From Eledone cirrhosa (Eukaryota), in contig OZ024740.1 of assembly GCA_964016885.1 (NCBI GenBank), positions 209,374,001-209,438,000 on the forward strand: a stretch of 64,000 nucleotides of DNA. Reading direction: 5' to 3'. A model generated the notes under the pieces. It made no database searches. It was not told the DNA's origin and saw only the letters and a list, made by a program, of their open reading frames with translations. Shown one piece after another: positions 25,400-39,572 of this stretch (the first letter of the stretch is position 1; the number at the start of each line of letters is the position of its first letter). The position numbers and the translations under genes were made by a program.

Positions 25400-27160
25400 C
25401 CTTTTTCCTGCCTACAGTACATCGCCTTAAACAATCTGTGTGCATGAGAAGGCGAGTCTTCCCTATTACTGCATAATGCCAAAGGCCTTGATCCTGTGTC
25501 ATTGTTTTTAAGTGGCGCAATTGTGCAAGGTTACCTTGTGCAAGGTTAACACCTGATCACAAGTCTTCCTACTTCATAGCTTCCATCAACTTTGATCTCC
25601 CTGCACCTTTTTATACATCTGTCATCCTTGATACGCATCATATGGCCTTACCAACGCAATCTTATCTCTTACATACTGCATCTCATTCCTCTTAAGCCCA
25701 ATTTCTCTCTCAGTTCATTTATGCTTTGCCATTCCTGTATATTATTACTATTACACATCCATTGGAGCATGTAGGCTTCTTTTCTTTCCAATTTTCATAA
25801 GTTCTCTGCACACAGTACCCAGGTTTCAATATCATGCAACATTGCTCTTCATATATATGCATTGTATAATCTGCTCTTAATTTGAGGGAAACACCTTTTG
25901 TAGCTAGGAGCAGTAGAAGCTCACTGAACTTTTTCCATTCCATTTTTACTCTGGCTTCTGTGCTTTTAGGACACCTTCCTCCACTGCTGATTTGGTCACC
26001 CAGGTGAAGGAGCTAGTATCCTATGGGCTCATGCTTTTTGCTGTACCTGTGTTTCGGCCACATAAAAAAACCTACATTATTTGATAGCCTGCCTGTGACA
26101 CCACTACATTTTTTTATGTACCCATAGCTTGCATTTGGGATATAGGATGGAATTTCTATCTACCCCTTTCCTGCACACTGAGCAAGGCCATTTCCCTGAG
26201 GGAATCTAGGCTCTGTTTTCCTTTCTACATACTAGTACTTTAGTCTTTGACAAGTTAACATTTTGATTCTAAGCTATGCATCCAGGTTTGGAATTTCTTC
26301 CCTAATTCTGCCATAGATTCAGCTATGATAGTTAGATCATCTGCATACAGAAGTTTCCATGGGCAGCCAGTCTTAAACTCTTGTGTTATAGATACCTACA
26401 TGCATCTTAAATTTTTCATTAAAGTCATTGTTAATTCTAACATTGCTGATTCTTTCTCTGTATATGGCTTGTACAGCCTGCACAAGCCACTCATCTACTC
26501 TTAGTTTTCTAAGAGCCCACCAGATAATTGAACAGCTTTCTCCAGGTCCACAAAAGCCAAGAAAAGGAGCTTACTTTTAGCTAGGTACTTCTGCAGTTGC
26601 CTCACAAGGAAGAGAGCATCTATGGTACTTTTACCTGGCGCAAATTGAAACTGCATTTCATCTAGGTTAACTCGGTCCCTGATCAGCTGTGCTATAACTC
26701 TTTCAGTGACCTTCATGACCTGGTCAAGTAACTTATTGCTTCTATGGTTTCCTCTGTCTAGAGCATCTCCTTTGCTCTTGTAGCAGCTTTGTATTACATG
26801 GTTTTACAATACAGGTGGCCATGACATGACTACTGTCCCAGATGCTTTCAGCCTCTCTGCAACTATCTCCGAAGGTCCAGCTGCTTTGCCTGTCTTCATA
26901 TCCTTGATTGCCATACTTACTATACTACTGATAACTTGCACAGTCGGTCCCTCTGTTGGGTCAACTTGGGGCAAATTATCTTCATCCTATTCATTTTCCT
27001 TATTTAGTAGTCTTTCATAGAGGCACTTCTATCCTACCTTCTTTTCAGCATCAGTGAGGGGGAGTACTCCATTATCACCATGGACACACTTCTCCCCAAC
27101 AACATTACAATATTCCATGACACATTGCCTCACAATTCTGAATACTTCATGCCTTTGGCC
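25400..27160 (-). mobile_element. Decayed RTE-clade LINE (RT domain)
   Basis: MKVTERVIAQLIRDRVNLDEMQFQFAPGKSTIDALFLVRQLQ..AFVDLEKA, GCPWKLLYADDL (~26340-26370) and WKKFSELL.LLATKG; deletions and frameshifts. Confidence 0.9.
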
Positions 27161-27180
27161 CTTGCACGCACACGCACACG

Positions 27181-27220
<40 letters not shown>

Positions 27221-27406
27221 ACACACACCACACACCACACACCACACACCACACACACACACACACCACACACACACACACACACCACACACACACACAC
27301 ACACACGCGAAGACTAAAATCCATAGAGGGCTCGATAAGGAAAGTATATATCAAATATATAAGAACCGTAGAGCAAATATTTATTAAACTTTAATCTGTT
27401 ATTTTA

Positions 27407-27445
<39 letters not shown>

Positions 27446-27448
27446 CAT

Positions 27449-27797
27449 GGAGGCACATGGCTTAGTGGTTAGAGCATTGGCCTTGCAATCGAAAGGTTGT
27501 GAGTTCAATTCTCAGACTGGGTGATGTGTTGTTTCCTTGAGCAAGACACTTTATTTCACATTGCTCCAGTTTACTCAGCTGTAGAAATGAGATGATAGGG
27601 ACTGGGTTCCCTATCATTCCACTGCAAAGTGGACGTGTAGGTGCCACGAAAAAAAAGCACCCAGCACTCACTGTAAATGAGGTTGGTGTTAGGAAGGGCA
27701 TCCAGCTGTGGAAATCAAGCCAGAATCGGTTCCCGTCCCACCCTTGCAAGCAGGGAAAAAGCGGACGTAAAATGAAATGATGAAATGATGATGATGA
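27449..27797 (+). mobile_element. tRNA-derived SINE family B (Meta/CORE-like central region) with RTE-type tail
   Basis: A-box TGGCTTAGTGG, B-box GAGTTCAATTC, TCCTTGAGCAAGACACTTT, GGAAGGGCATCCAGCTG and (GAT)n end; near-identical copies at 38069, 40533, 51838 and 54018. Confidence 0.85.
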
Positions 27798-28414
27798 TAT
27801 ATATATATATATATATATACATATATATAGTTGAAGGAGACAACAAATAGAGGTACAAAAGGTCTTATTTGTTTCTCGCTTTATATTGGAAAGAGGAAAG
27901 TTCAATGTGTCGGGCGTAATATTTTATTCTACACTTTAACAACTCTATTAATTGTAAATAAAGATAATAACTAGTAAAATCCCATTGTTGCACTTGCCGG
28001 TAAATTACACACAAACAGAAAAATAACTATTATATATACACATAGAAGTGTGACAGACAAATGTCATGGTCTTTTTTTAAAGTCTGTCATCACCACTTTC
28101 ATTTTTAAATCATAAATGATCCATCTCTCTCTCTCTCTCCCCCCACCAACATATATGTTGTGACGACTGATAGAGGGAGAAACAGCTTCTCTTTTATAAT
28201 ATAGATTGTAGCATTTAAGATGGGCTAAAAACTGTGAATGTTAGCATGGGTGTGGTGATTATACAACTGATACTTTGTTTGATATTTTATTTGAATTAAC
28301 TGTTATAAAAGAGAACATTAAGAAATAATATCTTAATTGTCTTATTGAGTGAATAATTCTTTCTTCATTTTAAAATTTCTTGATTTTTAACTTCCCATTC
28401 CATTTGATGACATT

Positions 28415-29250
28415 TACTGTATATACTATAATATAAACTGATCTGAATATAGGCTGGTCCCCTATTTTATGTCTGATAAATGGGCAAAAATCCCAACCCC
28501 GTTTTTAAGCTGAGGCAGGTAATCAACACATTGTTTAGATAGTGTGGTTTTGAAATTCTCATGAGTGGAGAATATATTTATGAAGTGTAAATATTTTGAT
28601 ATTTAAAATGTTTTAAGTGTCATTTAGAGTATAGAGTTTGTTTCACAACTCCATTACATAATGATTTTTTACCAATTTCTGACCGTTTTGAAGGCCATAT
28701 TCATTTAAAACACAAAAACAACAGGAAAAACAAATTTCACCTACAAAGTAAAACTGGTGTAATATTCATTCACCTTCAAAGTGAAACCAGTGTAATATTC
28801 ACCTCCAACAGGAAACCGTTGTAATATTCACCTCCAAAGTGAAACCAGTGTAATATTCACCTCCAAAGTGAAACCAGTGTAATATTCACATCTGAAGTAA
28901 AACCGATATAATATTCACCTCCAAAGTGAAACTGGTGTAATATTCACCTCCAAAGTTAAACTGGTGTAATATTCACCTCCAAAGTTAAACCAGTCTAATA
29001 TACACCTCCAACAAGAAACTGGTGTAATATACACCTCCAAAGTGAAACTGGTGTGATATTCACCTCCAAAGTGAAACCAGTGTAATATTCACTGCCAAAG
29101 CAAAAATATTTAAGCACCTTATTTATGTAGAATTTAAAGTTGGTGAAAATTGGCAAAATATTGACCTCGAATATAAGCCAACCTCCTATTTTACAATTGA
29201 TTTTTTTCTTTGTTACATATTTCTCAACTTATATACAAGTATATACAGTA
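28415..29250. mobile_element. Tc1/mariner (Tc2-like) MITE carrying an internal minisatellite
   Basis: TA TSDs; TIR CTGTATATACT..ATATAA / TTATATACAAGTATATACAG; related to 43180-43582. Confidence 0.75.
28738..29099. repeat. 29-bp minisatellite, about 12 units
   Basis: Unit CACCTCCAAAGTGAAACCAGTGTAATATT. Confidence 0.95.
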
Positions 29251-29326
29251 TATCCTGTAATTGAATTTCAACTCAGACTTTTGTTGATTATATTTAATCA
29301 CTATATATTCTTTCTTCTTCTTTCAG

Positions 29327-29361
29327 GTGAGTGTCAAAATGGAAAAATTCACTTTCTCCAG
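29327..29361 (+). other. Candidate 35-nt exon (xECQNGKIHFLQ)
   Basis: Strong pyrimidine tract ttctttcttcttctttcag|...CTCCAG|gtatct; splice signals only. Confidence 0.3.
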
Positions 29362-29711
29362 GTATCTGTGTTATGGTCAGCTCAATTTTGCTTTTAATTT
29401 TGTTGGTTGTTTTAACTTGATATCATAATAAATTACTCAGTCACTGTTTTCATATATTGTTTTCTAATTTAGGTATAAAGCCAGCAAATTTGATTAAGTA
29501 AACCCCAGTATTTTACTAGTACTTTATTTTATCGCCACTGAAAGGACGAAAGATAAAGTTGATCTCAGTAGGATTTTAACTCAGACTATTAAAGAGCTAG
29601 AATAAATAGTACAATGGCATATTCTCCATTGCTCTACCAATTCTGGCAATCCACAAAAGTACCCTAGCACTTACACTATCTTTATAATTTACAAAAGATT
29701 GAGAACATAAT

Positions 29712-29811
29712 TGTTTCTACTTTTGGCACAAGGCCAGCAATTACCCAGTACATTACTGGTACTTTATTTTATCGACCCCGTAAGGATGAAAGGCAAAGTT
29801 AACCTCGGCGG
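29712..29811 (-). mobile_element. 5'-truncated SINE-A with 15-bp TSD
   Basis: GATTGAGAACATAAT at 29697-29711 and 29812-29826. Confidence 0.9.
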
Positions 29812-30989
29812 GATTGAGAACATAATGCAATACAGAATTACTATTAAGTATGTCATTTTACTTAGGAGACAAGATGGTTATTGGTAGTAAGGTTTGTGCA
29901 AGTACTTACCTACCAAGTCTCTCCCTAAAGCCCATAACTCCAGATTGAGTCGTAGGGGGTCATTATGATATACACTGTATTTGGGGTATTATAAACCTTG
30001 CAGAGTCCATCTCTCACTATGTGTGAACACAGTTTGTTTCTTCCAGAGAAAGACAAAGTTTGAGCGAGAGAGAGAAAGGGGAAAAGAGATAAAGATGGAA
30101 AATCAACCCTAGTGTTGGACAGGTGCTTTATTTATCAACCTCGAAAGGATACAAGACAAAGTTGACCTCAGCAGGATTTGAACTCAGTGTGCAGGGAGCA
30201 GGAAGCTAGACATTATACTGCAAAGCATCCTATCTAGTGCAACATTCTAATAACTGCCAATTCACCACCTAGCTACCAACTACCAACCTATAGACTATAA
30301 AAATCTTAACATTTTTCATGCTGAGAATCAAATATTTTGTTTTATACATAAAAGAAAAGCTGAGGAGTATTTTAGAATTTTGAGATACTAGGATTTTTTT
30401 TTACACATACTGATGCGTATGTGTATATGTGTGTGCGTATGCGTATATGTGTGTATGTGCATACATTTATATGTACGAGTATATAAATATAAACGTGCAA
30501 ACACAAACACACTTACAAATATACAGACTCAGACATACATTCACACAAACACACACATACATTCACACAAACACACACATACGCAGCATAACAAATGGAA
30601 CGCCCGCTGTTATTTTGCTATATATTTTTCACCACCCCCTTGACTTCCTTTTACACACATGCATTCATGCAGGCAGCTGATGTAAAGAGAGAGAGGAGTA
30701 GTATGAGGTAGTCAAACTACTCCTCTCTCTTTATGTGTTGTGACAGAATCATAGAAATTTATATATAGATATGATGATGATAGGCATTATGTAGGAAATC
30801 TAACAACTTCTGAAAAGATTTCAAATGATTCTTGGTTGCTGAAACAATTAATTACAATTAGTGAAGAAGATGGGAAACTATTAATTGCTGGATATCTTTC
30901 TGTATAAAAGGTAGACTATATAAAATATGTGTAAGAAATGCAATGTTATATTGCTGTAAAATATAGCCAGTGAATGCAGAGAATATATG

Positions 30990-31335
30990 TGTGTGTGTGC
31001 ATGTATGTATGAATGGACCTGTAACTCTTAATGGAGTTATAGGGCCACCATTGTGATATACAGTGTTTCTTAGGCTCTTTAAACCTGGCAGAGCCCATCC
31101 TCTCCAGGTCTGAACATAACCACTTTTTCCCAGAGGAAAGAGAGATGTGAGAAAGAGATATAGAGGAAGAATTAACCCCAATATTGGACTGGTCTTTTTT
31201 AATCAACCTTGAATGGATGAAAAGTAAAGTTAAACACGGCAGTATTTGAACTCAGAGAGCAGAGAGAGAGTTGGAATGAATGCTATAGACCATTCTATCC
31301 AATGTTCTAATAACTCTGCTAATTTGCTACCAGAG
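30990..31335 (-). mobile_element. SINE-A head/core with alternative long tail (variant D)
   Basis: Homologs at 29930-30270, 42725-43075 and 61935-62165; ends in (CATA)n. Confidence 0.65.
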
Positions 31336-31337
31336 AA

Positions 31338-31427
<90 letters not shown>

Positions 31428-34400
31428 ATATATATATAAGATATATTGCACTGGTTGTGCAGAGATGACAACAAATGCATAGTAATTGTCTGTGTTGGAC
31501 CTCTATCAGTTCTGATAGAGCGAGTAATCCAGCTGTTCAAATGAAGATGTGGCTGAGCATTCAACAGACATATATTATAGTTCTCAGAAAGATTCAGTAT
31601 AACACAGTGTGTGGCAAGACTTGCCTGTTGAATTGCTGACATAATTCATTTTTGCCAGCTGATTGGATTGGAACAATGTGAAATAAAGAGTCTTGTTCAA
31701 GGTCATAATGCACCATCTCTGTCATAGGATCCAACTCACGATCCAACTTACAATCATGAGCTGAACAACCTAACCACTAAGCCATGCAACTTCACTGAAT
31801 AGTAATTATATTCACATATATTCATAGATAAGTTGTCCATGTCTCTTATCTCAGAGACAACAGGTGGACTATTAGAGTGACAGAGTGTACACCAAGGCAG
31901 TGGAGAAGAACTCAAGGGCAGCCATAAGCAAGATGGCACAACGATCTAACCTGATACCTCGGCTCCACATAGCCTAATATGGTCAAAGATAGGAAGTGGT
32001 GCAGGTCAACCAGGAAAGAGTTCCTCCAACAGAAGTGAGAAGGCCTTGGATTTGGGATTATTTATACATTTTTCCACCCTTAGTCTTTAGACCTATCCTG
32101 TCTAAATGGTGGGATAATTATTCTAAGTAATATAAAACTGATAAGCCACATACTTATATTAATATAAACTACAGTCTATGTGTTGGTAGGAAAATGACAG
32201 GTCAAGTAAGTTTATGCTGTTAAGTACAAAAGGTTGTTAGTAAAGATTCAAATTAGTCAGCAATACATTTGATTTTAAAATGACAAAATTGATAAGAACA
32301 AAACATTACTCTTGTGTACTAATACTAGGTCATTTTGAATGTTACACTAATAGGGCAGATAATATCATCATCATCATCATCATCATTTTTGTTTTAACAT
32401 CCTCTCTTTGCTAGCAAGGGTTGGATGGGTCTACATAGACTAAATCAGTACTGAAGTGGGTCTACTGACCTCTCTGACAGACCAGGGATCTGCATCTCGA
32501 TTACATAGGTCTCACATTTTACCAAGTGCACAGGAGAGGTTGTGATGCCTTTGATATAAATGAAGGGTCCTCTCAACCCTTTGTTTGACAAGCTTTCTAT
32601 GGCTGGATGCCCTTTTTATCACAATCATGAGACTGGTATGATAATTACCATATATACTTTCATATCTAAGAAATGGGTAAAAATCCAAACCTTATTTTTG
32701 TAAAGCTCAATTAATCAGAGAGGGAAGAGCAGAGTCTATGAACATTTTTGTGACCTCAAAGACTGGTGGCAAGAAGGAAGGTATTCTCAAACCAAAAGAC
32801 CTGGTCTAAATGCTTGCAGTAAAGTGGACTCCACTAAAGGTATCCAAGGACCAGGTGGCTGGTGTTAAACAGCAGAGGATTAAGTCTACCATTCAGTCAC
32901 AGTTGGATTTTAGATCAGAATGGAAAAAGCTGGAACCAAAACCACAATGCTTTAACAATTCTACCAATCTTCTACCATAGACTGATACTTAATTTATTGA
33001 CCTTGAAAGGATAAAAGACAAGAAAGGCAAAATTTGAACTCTGAGCTAGAACAAATATTGGTTTCTGATGTAGGCACAAGGCCAACAAGAGGGGAAAGTT
33101 GATTAAATTGACCCCAGTGCATTAGTGGTACTTTATTTTATTGACCCCCGTTAGGATGAAAGGCAAAGCTAACCTTAGTGGGATTTGAAATCAGAACGTA
33201 AAGGGCTGTAAGTCTATGCTGCAATGCATGGTGTCGACGCTATATCGATACTGCCAAAATCATTTGATACTTTATGCTCTACTGACTCTGCTAATCCAAC
33301 ACTAGACAGTTGAGAATTCTTTGTTTTTTGTTTTTTTACTGACTCAATGTTGTAGGTTAGTGATATAATTTATTTGCTGTTTCAACATGAGCTGCTGCTT
33401 GGAGAAACTTCCCTGGAAAATATCAAGGAAGTGTATGTGTAAGATGAGAGCTGTTAATATTCTGTTTATAGTGTTGAAGTTTGTGAGAAAAATATGTGAA
33501 AAAGAAGGAAATTGAAAATTGATACATTTCAATAGAGGAATTTGCATATGTTTAATGTTTATAATGTTTGTGACGAAAGGTGTCTATTTTGAATCAGTAA
33601 ATGTTAAAGGTCTGAAGAAAAACAAAAAAGCAGGAATTCAGTAACTGAGATTGATTAAAGAGGTTATCAAGAATCTGGTACAAACAATGAGACAATGTAA
33701 CGCTGCTACTTTACTTTGTTAATTTATACAAGAAGGCCTATTTTTCATTTAGTTTAATGAGTGAAAACAGAGAAGACAATCTGTAGTTGTGTTAAAGAAT
33801 AATACAATGTGTCGCTGTCTTCATTAGAAAGATAATAGAATTCAGCAATTACTCTTGGTCTGCTTTCACTAAACAGGAAAGTTGGTTCAACCTCTTTATT
33901 CAAAACATTAACAAGCTTTACATAATTATTTTTGTTGATTAAGTAGGAGATAATTAATAGAAGACTGTAGTCTGGCAGACTTTTCCTTCCTCCTATGAAA
34001 CAAATTAAAAAAAAAAAAAAAGAACTGTTAATAATGATTCTTCTAGTTTTGTTACTGCTCTGAGGATGTTATTTGATAGCACTTTAGAGAATATATTCAT
34101 TGGTTGAAGGTATACTTGACAGAATGTCAAGATACATGGCTTAGTGGTTAGAGTATTATGCTCATAGTCATATGGCTAGGAGTTTGATTCCCAGCAAAAT
34201 GTTGTGTCCTTGAGCAAGACACTTTATATTACATTGTTCCAGATTACTCAGCTGGCAAAAATGTGTTATACCTGTAAATCTAAGGCCCAGCCTTGTTACA
34301 AACTATCACAATCTCCCTAAGAATTGTGCTAAGTGTGTGTGTGTGTCTGTGGAATGTCCAGTCACTTGCACGTTCATTTCATGAGCAAGCTGTACTAGTA

Positions 34401-34744
34401 CAATAACAACGATAGTAGTAGCAACAGCATTTTTCAAGCTTTTAGGAGTTACTAAAAGTATATATGTGACTCCCTATTTCTACTTTGTCTTGCTCTATAT
34501 TAAGATCGAGACACAAACCAGGGAATTATTAAGAATATCCACTTCTTTGATACAGAATTTTAGGTTTCAAAATATATAATTAAGAAAATTGAGGACAGAA
34601 GATTTGAGTCTTAACATTCAAGGACATAGTATAGCATTTGTGATATGATACAGTCCCATAGCAAGTCTACCAATAGGCAGACACCATATCTTTATATTCT
34701 TTTAGCCTTTGTGATTTATTTTGAAGGTCTTCACTGATATGATA

Positions 34745-34970
34745 TGTATATATATGGATATATATATATATATATATATATAAAGGTATGTGTATGTATA
34801 TATGTTTATAAGTATATATATGTATGTATGTGTGTGTGTATATATATATATATAAAGGTATGTGTATGTATATATGTTTATAAGTATATATATGTATGTA
34901 TGTGTGTGTGTGTATATATATATAAAGGTATGTGTATGTATATATGTTTATAAGTATATATATGTATGTA

Positions 34971-35002
<32 letters not shown>

Positions 35003-35143
35003 AAGGTATGTGTATGTATATATGTTTATAAGTATATATATGTATGTAATATGGATACCTTTGATGGTCTTTTACTTCTCCTTCTACAACATGGATTATT
35101 ACAACATAACCAATTCAACTAAAGACATTCCTATATGTATGTA

Positions 35144-35182
<39 letters not shown>

Positions 35183-35225
35183 GTATGTGTATGTATATAT
35201 GTTTATAAGTATATATATGTATGTA

Positions 35226-35278
<53 letters not shown>

Positions 35279-35314
35279 GTATATGTATGTTTATAAGTAT
35301 ATATATGTATGTAT

Positions 35315-35380
<66 letters not shown>

Positions 35381-35424
35381 GTATATGTATGTATATATGT
35401 TTATAAGTATATATATGTATGTAT

Positions 35425-35466
<42 letters not shown>

Positions 35467-35510
35467 GTATATGTATGTATATATGTTTATAAGTATATAT
35501 ATGTATGTAT

Positions 35511-35552
<42 letters not shown>

Positions 35553-35585
35553 GTATATGTATGTATATATGTTTATATGTATGTA

Positions 35586-35619
<34 letters not shown>

Positions 35620-35661
35620 AAGGTATGTGTATGTATATATGTTTATAAGTATATATATGTA

Positions 35662-35693
<32 letters not shown>

Positions 35694-35762
35694 AAGGTAT
35701 GTGTATGTATATATGTTTATAAGTATATATATGTATGTATGCATGTGTGTATATATATATAA
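34745..35762. repeat. Compound TA/TG minisatellite with variable (TA)n
   Basis: Unit ATAAAGGTATGTGTATGTATATATGTTTATAAGTATATATATGTATG.. repeated more than 10 times; unique insert at ~35049-35131. Confidence 0.9.
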
Positions 35763-35909
35763 AATATATTTTTAGAATTATTTCTTAATTTGTAACTAGA
35801 TATTATTTTGTTGATACTGCTTATCTGTCTCAAGTATAATTATCATGGTTGTTAGTGTCCTGTGGGCGTGGTGCACACCTTGCTATTGTCATGCCTGTCA
35901 TCATCATCA

Positions 35910-36098
35910 TTGTTTCTACTTTAGGCACAAGACCACCATTTATCCCAGTGTATTACTGGTACTTTATTTTATCGACCCCGTAAGGATGAAAGGCAAAGTT
36001 AACCTCGGCGGGATTTGAACTCAGATCATAAAGGGCCGTAACTCTATGCTGCAAAGCATGGCGTCCAACCCTCTACCGATACTGCCAATCCACCGCCC
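35910..36098 (-). mobile_element. Full-length young SINE-A
   Basis: Near-consensus head and core. Confidence 0.9.
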
Positions 36099-36199
36099 AT
36101 CATCATATTAATAAAAAAAACCCACCATTGTTGTTGATGGTGGTGGTTCAGGTACCTGTGGTCATCATCCTCACCACCACTGCTGTCATGGCTATCATC

Positions 36200-37283
36200 G
36201 TCATCGTCATCACCACCACCACCACCACCACCATCACCACCACCATCACCACCATCATCACCATCACCACCATCACCACCACCACCACCATCATTGCCTT
36301 GATCATCACCACCGCCACCACCATCATTGCCTTCACCATCACCACCACCACCACCATCATTGCCTTCACCATCACCACCACCACCATTGCCTTCACCATC
36401 ACCACCACTACCACCATCATTGCCTTCACCATCACCACCACCACCACCATCATTGCCTTCACCATCACCACCACCACCATTGCCTTCACCATCACCACCA
36501 CTACCACCATCATTGCCTTCACCATCACTACCACCACCACCATCATTGCCTTCACCATCACTACCACCACCACCATCATTGCCTTCACCATCACCACCAC
36601 TACCACCATCATTGCCTTCACCATCACCACCACCACCACCATCATTGCCTTCACCATCACCACCACCACCATTGCCTTCACCATCACCACCACTACCACC
36701 ATCATTGCCTTCACCATCACTACCACCACCACCATCATTGCCTTCACCATCACCACCACCACCATTGCCTTCACCATCACCACCACTACCACCATCATTG
36801 CCTTCACCATCACCACCACCACCACCATCATTGCCTTCACCATCACCACCACCACCATTGCCTTCACCATCACCACCACTACCACCATCATTGCCTTCAC
36901 CATCACTACCACCACCACCATCATTGCCTTCACCATCACCACCACCACCATTGCCTTCACCATCACCACCACTACCACCATCATTGCCTTCACCATCACC
37001 ACTACCACCACCATCATTGCCTTCACCATCACCACCACCACCACCATTGCCTTCATCACCACCACCACCACCATCATTGCCTTCATCATCACCACCACCA
37101 CCATCATCATTGCCTTCACCATCACCACCATATTGCCTTCATCATCATCATCAACACCACCGCCACCATCAACACCACCACCATCACCACCACCATCATT
37201 GACTTCACCATCACCACCACCACCGCTTTCATCATCACCACCACCACCATCATTGCATTCATCATCATCATCATCATCATCAT
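36200..37283. repeat. (CAC/CAT)n-derived minisatellite, ~24-30-bp units
   Basis: Unit ATTGCCTTCACCATCACCACCACCACCATC. Confidence 0.95.
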
Positions 37284-37311
37284 AACTAATCTTCCATTAT
37301 TATTGGTTGTT

Positions 37312-38035
37312 TGGCAGTATCGGTAGAGGGTTGGACGCCATGCTTTCCAGCATAGTTATGTCCCTTTACAGTCTGAGTTCAAATCCCGCTGAGGTTAACT
37401 TTGCCTTTCATCCTTACGGGGTCGATAAAATAAAGTACCAGTAATGCACTGGGGTAATTGCTGGCCTTGTGCCATAAGTAGAAACAATTATTGGTTGTTG
37501 GCATTGGCATAGTGATCATTCTCATCATCATTATTCTCCTCTGTGACATCACCACCATTACCATCATCATCATCATTAACATCATCGTATTTATATCTGG
37601 TTTTTATGCTGGCATAAAATGGATAGGACTTTTGCTTGGAGATAGATTTTTTATTTTTATTTTGACTCCTGCTAAGCTCAACTTCCCTTTCATCTTTCCA
37701 GAGTTGATGAAATCAGGTAACAATCCTGTACTAGGGTTGATACAATCAACTTTCCTCTCCCTCAAATTGTTGGCCTTGTGCCTAAATCAGAAACCAGCCA
37801 AAAGTAGAAACCATTTTATTATTATTAAGGGCGGTGGATTGGCAGTATCGGTAGAGTGTTGGACGCCATGCTTTGACGCATAGAGTTACGGCCCTTGCCA
37901 TTCTGAGTTCAAATCCCGCCGAGGTTAACTTTGCCTTTCATCCTAACGGGGGGGGGGGGGGGTCGATAAAATAAAGTACCAGTAATACACTGGGATAATT
38001 GCTGGCCTTGTGCCAAAAGTAGAAACAATTATTAT
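37312..38035 (+). mobile_element. SINE-A cluster; first copy has TSD ATTATTGGTTGTT
   Basis: TSD at 37299-37311 and 37487-37499; further copies at ~37665 and 37829. Confidence 0.85.
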
Positions 38036-38068
38036 TGATAATTTCAATTATTGATGTCAGATATTGAT

Positions 38069-38387
38069 AATTGGCCTTGCAATCGAAAGGTTGCGAGTTC
38101 AATTCTCAGACCGGGTGATGTGTTGTTTCCTTGAGCAAGACACTTTATTTCACATTGCTCCAGTTTACTCAGCTGTAGAAATGAGATGATAGGGACTGGG
38201 GTCCATATTATTCCACTGCAAAGTGGTCGTGGAGGTGCCACAGCAAAAAAGCACCCAGCACTCACTGTAAATGAGGTTGGTGTTAGGAAGGGCATCCAGC
38301 TGTAGAAATCAAGCCAGAATCAGTTCCCGTCCCACCCTTGCTAGCAGGGACAAAGTGGACGTAAAATGATGATGATGATGATGATGA
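38069..38387 (+). mobile_element. SINE-B, 5'-truncated
   Basis: Near-identical to 27449-27797. Confidence 0.9.
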
Positions 38388-38439
38388 ATGTCAGCCTTCA
38401 GTGGCTAATAACGAAAGCATTATTATTATTATTATTAAG

Positions 38440-38870
38440 GACACTGGATTGACAGTATTGGTAGAGTGTTAGACAATATGCTTTGCTGCATATAGTTACA
38501 CGCCTCTAAATTCTGAGTTCAAATCCTGCTGAAGTTAGTTTTGCCTTTCATCATTACAAGGTTGATAAAATTAAGTACCAGTAATGCACTGGAGTCAATT
38601 TAATTGACTTTCCCCCTTCCCTTCAAATTTCTGGCCTTGTGCCAAATGTAGAAACGATTATATATTTATTATTAGGGTGGTGGATTGACAGTATCGGTAG
38701 AGCGTCAGACACCATGCTTTGCAACACAGAGTTATGGCCCTTTACGTTCTGAGTTCAAATCCCATCGAGGTTAGCTTTCCCTTTCATCCTTACAGTGTCA
38801 ATAAAATAAATCACCAGTAATGCACTGGGGTAATTGCTGGCCTTGTGCCAAAAGTAGAAACAATTATTAG
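38440..38870 (+). mobile_element. Two tandem SINE-A copies
   Basis: Head, core and tail occur twice. Confidence 0.8.
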
Positions 38871-39475
38871 GATGCATTTCTAGTTAGTCGCCTCTTCGTA
38901 TAGTTGTACAGTATTCAAGATATAAAGGGCTTGGTTCCTCATAGGTTCATCTGCCCTCTTTTAAAAAGGGTGGTGGATTGGCAGAATCATTAGAGCATTG
39001 GACACAATATCTATGTATAGTGGTAGAAAGTGACGAGGACTTCCATTTTATTGCTTGATCTGTTCAAAATAGCAGGTGAATCTCTCTCAAATCACACCCT
39101 ACAACAGTGAATCTTGGCTTTTTATTGCTCCATGTTTCACCACAACAACTATAAAAACATTGCCCCCTCTTCCATCAATATAAAAACATATTTGATGTTA
39201 TAAAGATCTAATATAAAATCTATAAAAATGATTCCCCCAAAATATTCAAAAGCTCATATGGCCTTGGTGCTCTGTGTACTAATTTTAGCAAAAGGGTAAG
39301 ATGGTCACAGTTGAAAGACCTTTGATTTACTTTATTAGGACTGACGTAAGACTACTCAATATATTGTAAATTCTATTAAACTCAATCAAGACTTGTACTT
39401 TGATAATCTGTATGAAGAAGTGGTCATGTTATCTAAAGAAAAAATACAAAAAAAGAAAAGGAAAAATATTGGTTT

Positions 39476-39569
<94 letters not shown>

Positions 39570-39572
<3 letters not shown>

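Noticed and set aside
27449-27525. tRNA gene
   Set aside because: A and B boxes are present, but the sequence continues into a SINE body with no clean cloverleaf or terminator; it is a SINE head.
27462-27905. Recurrent peptide LQLSKLEQCEIKCLAQG in several ORFs suggesting a gene family
   Set aside because: It is the antisense translation of SINE-B copies.
36128-37285. 385-aa, 327-aa and 291-aa ORFs (Thr/Ile-, Val/Met- and Pro/Ser-rich, extensin- or mucin-like)
   Set aside because: Stop-free frames on both strands arise from a (CAC/CAT)n minisatellite; there is no non-repetitive coding context.
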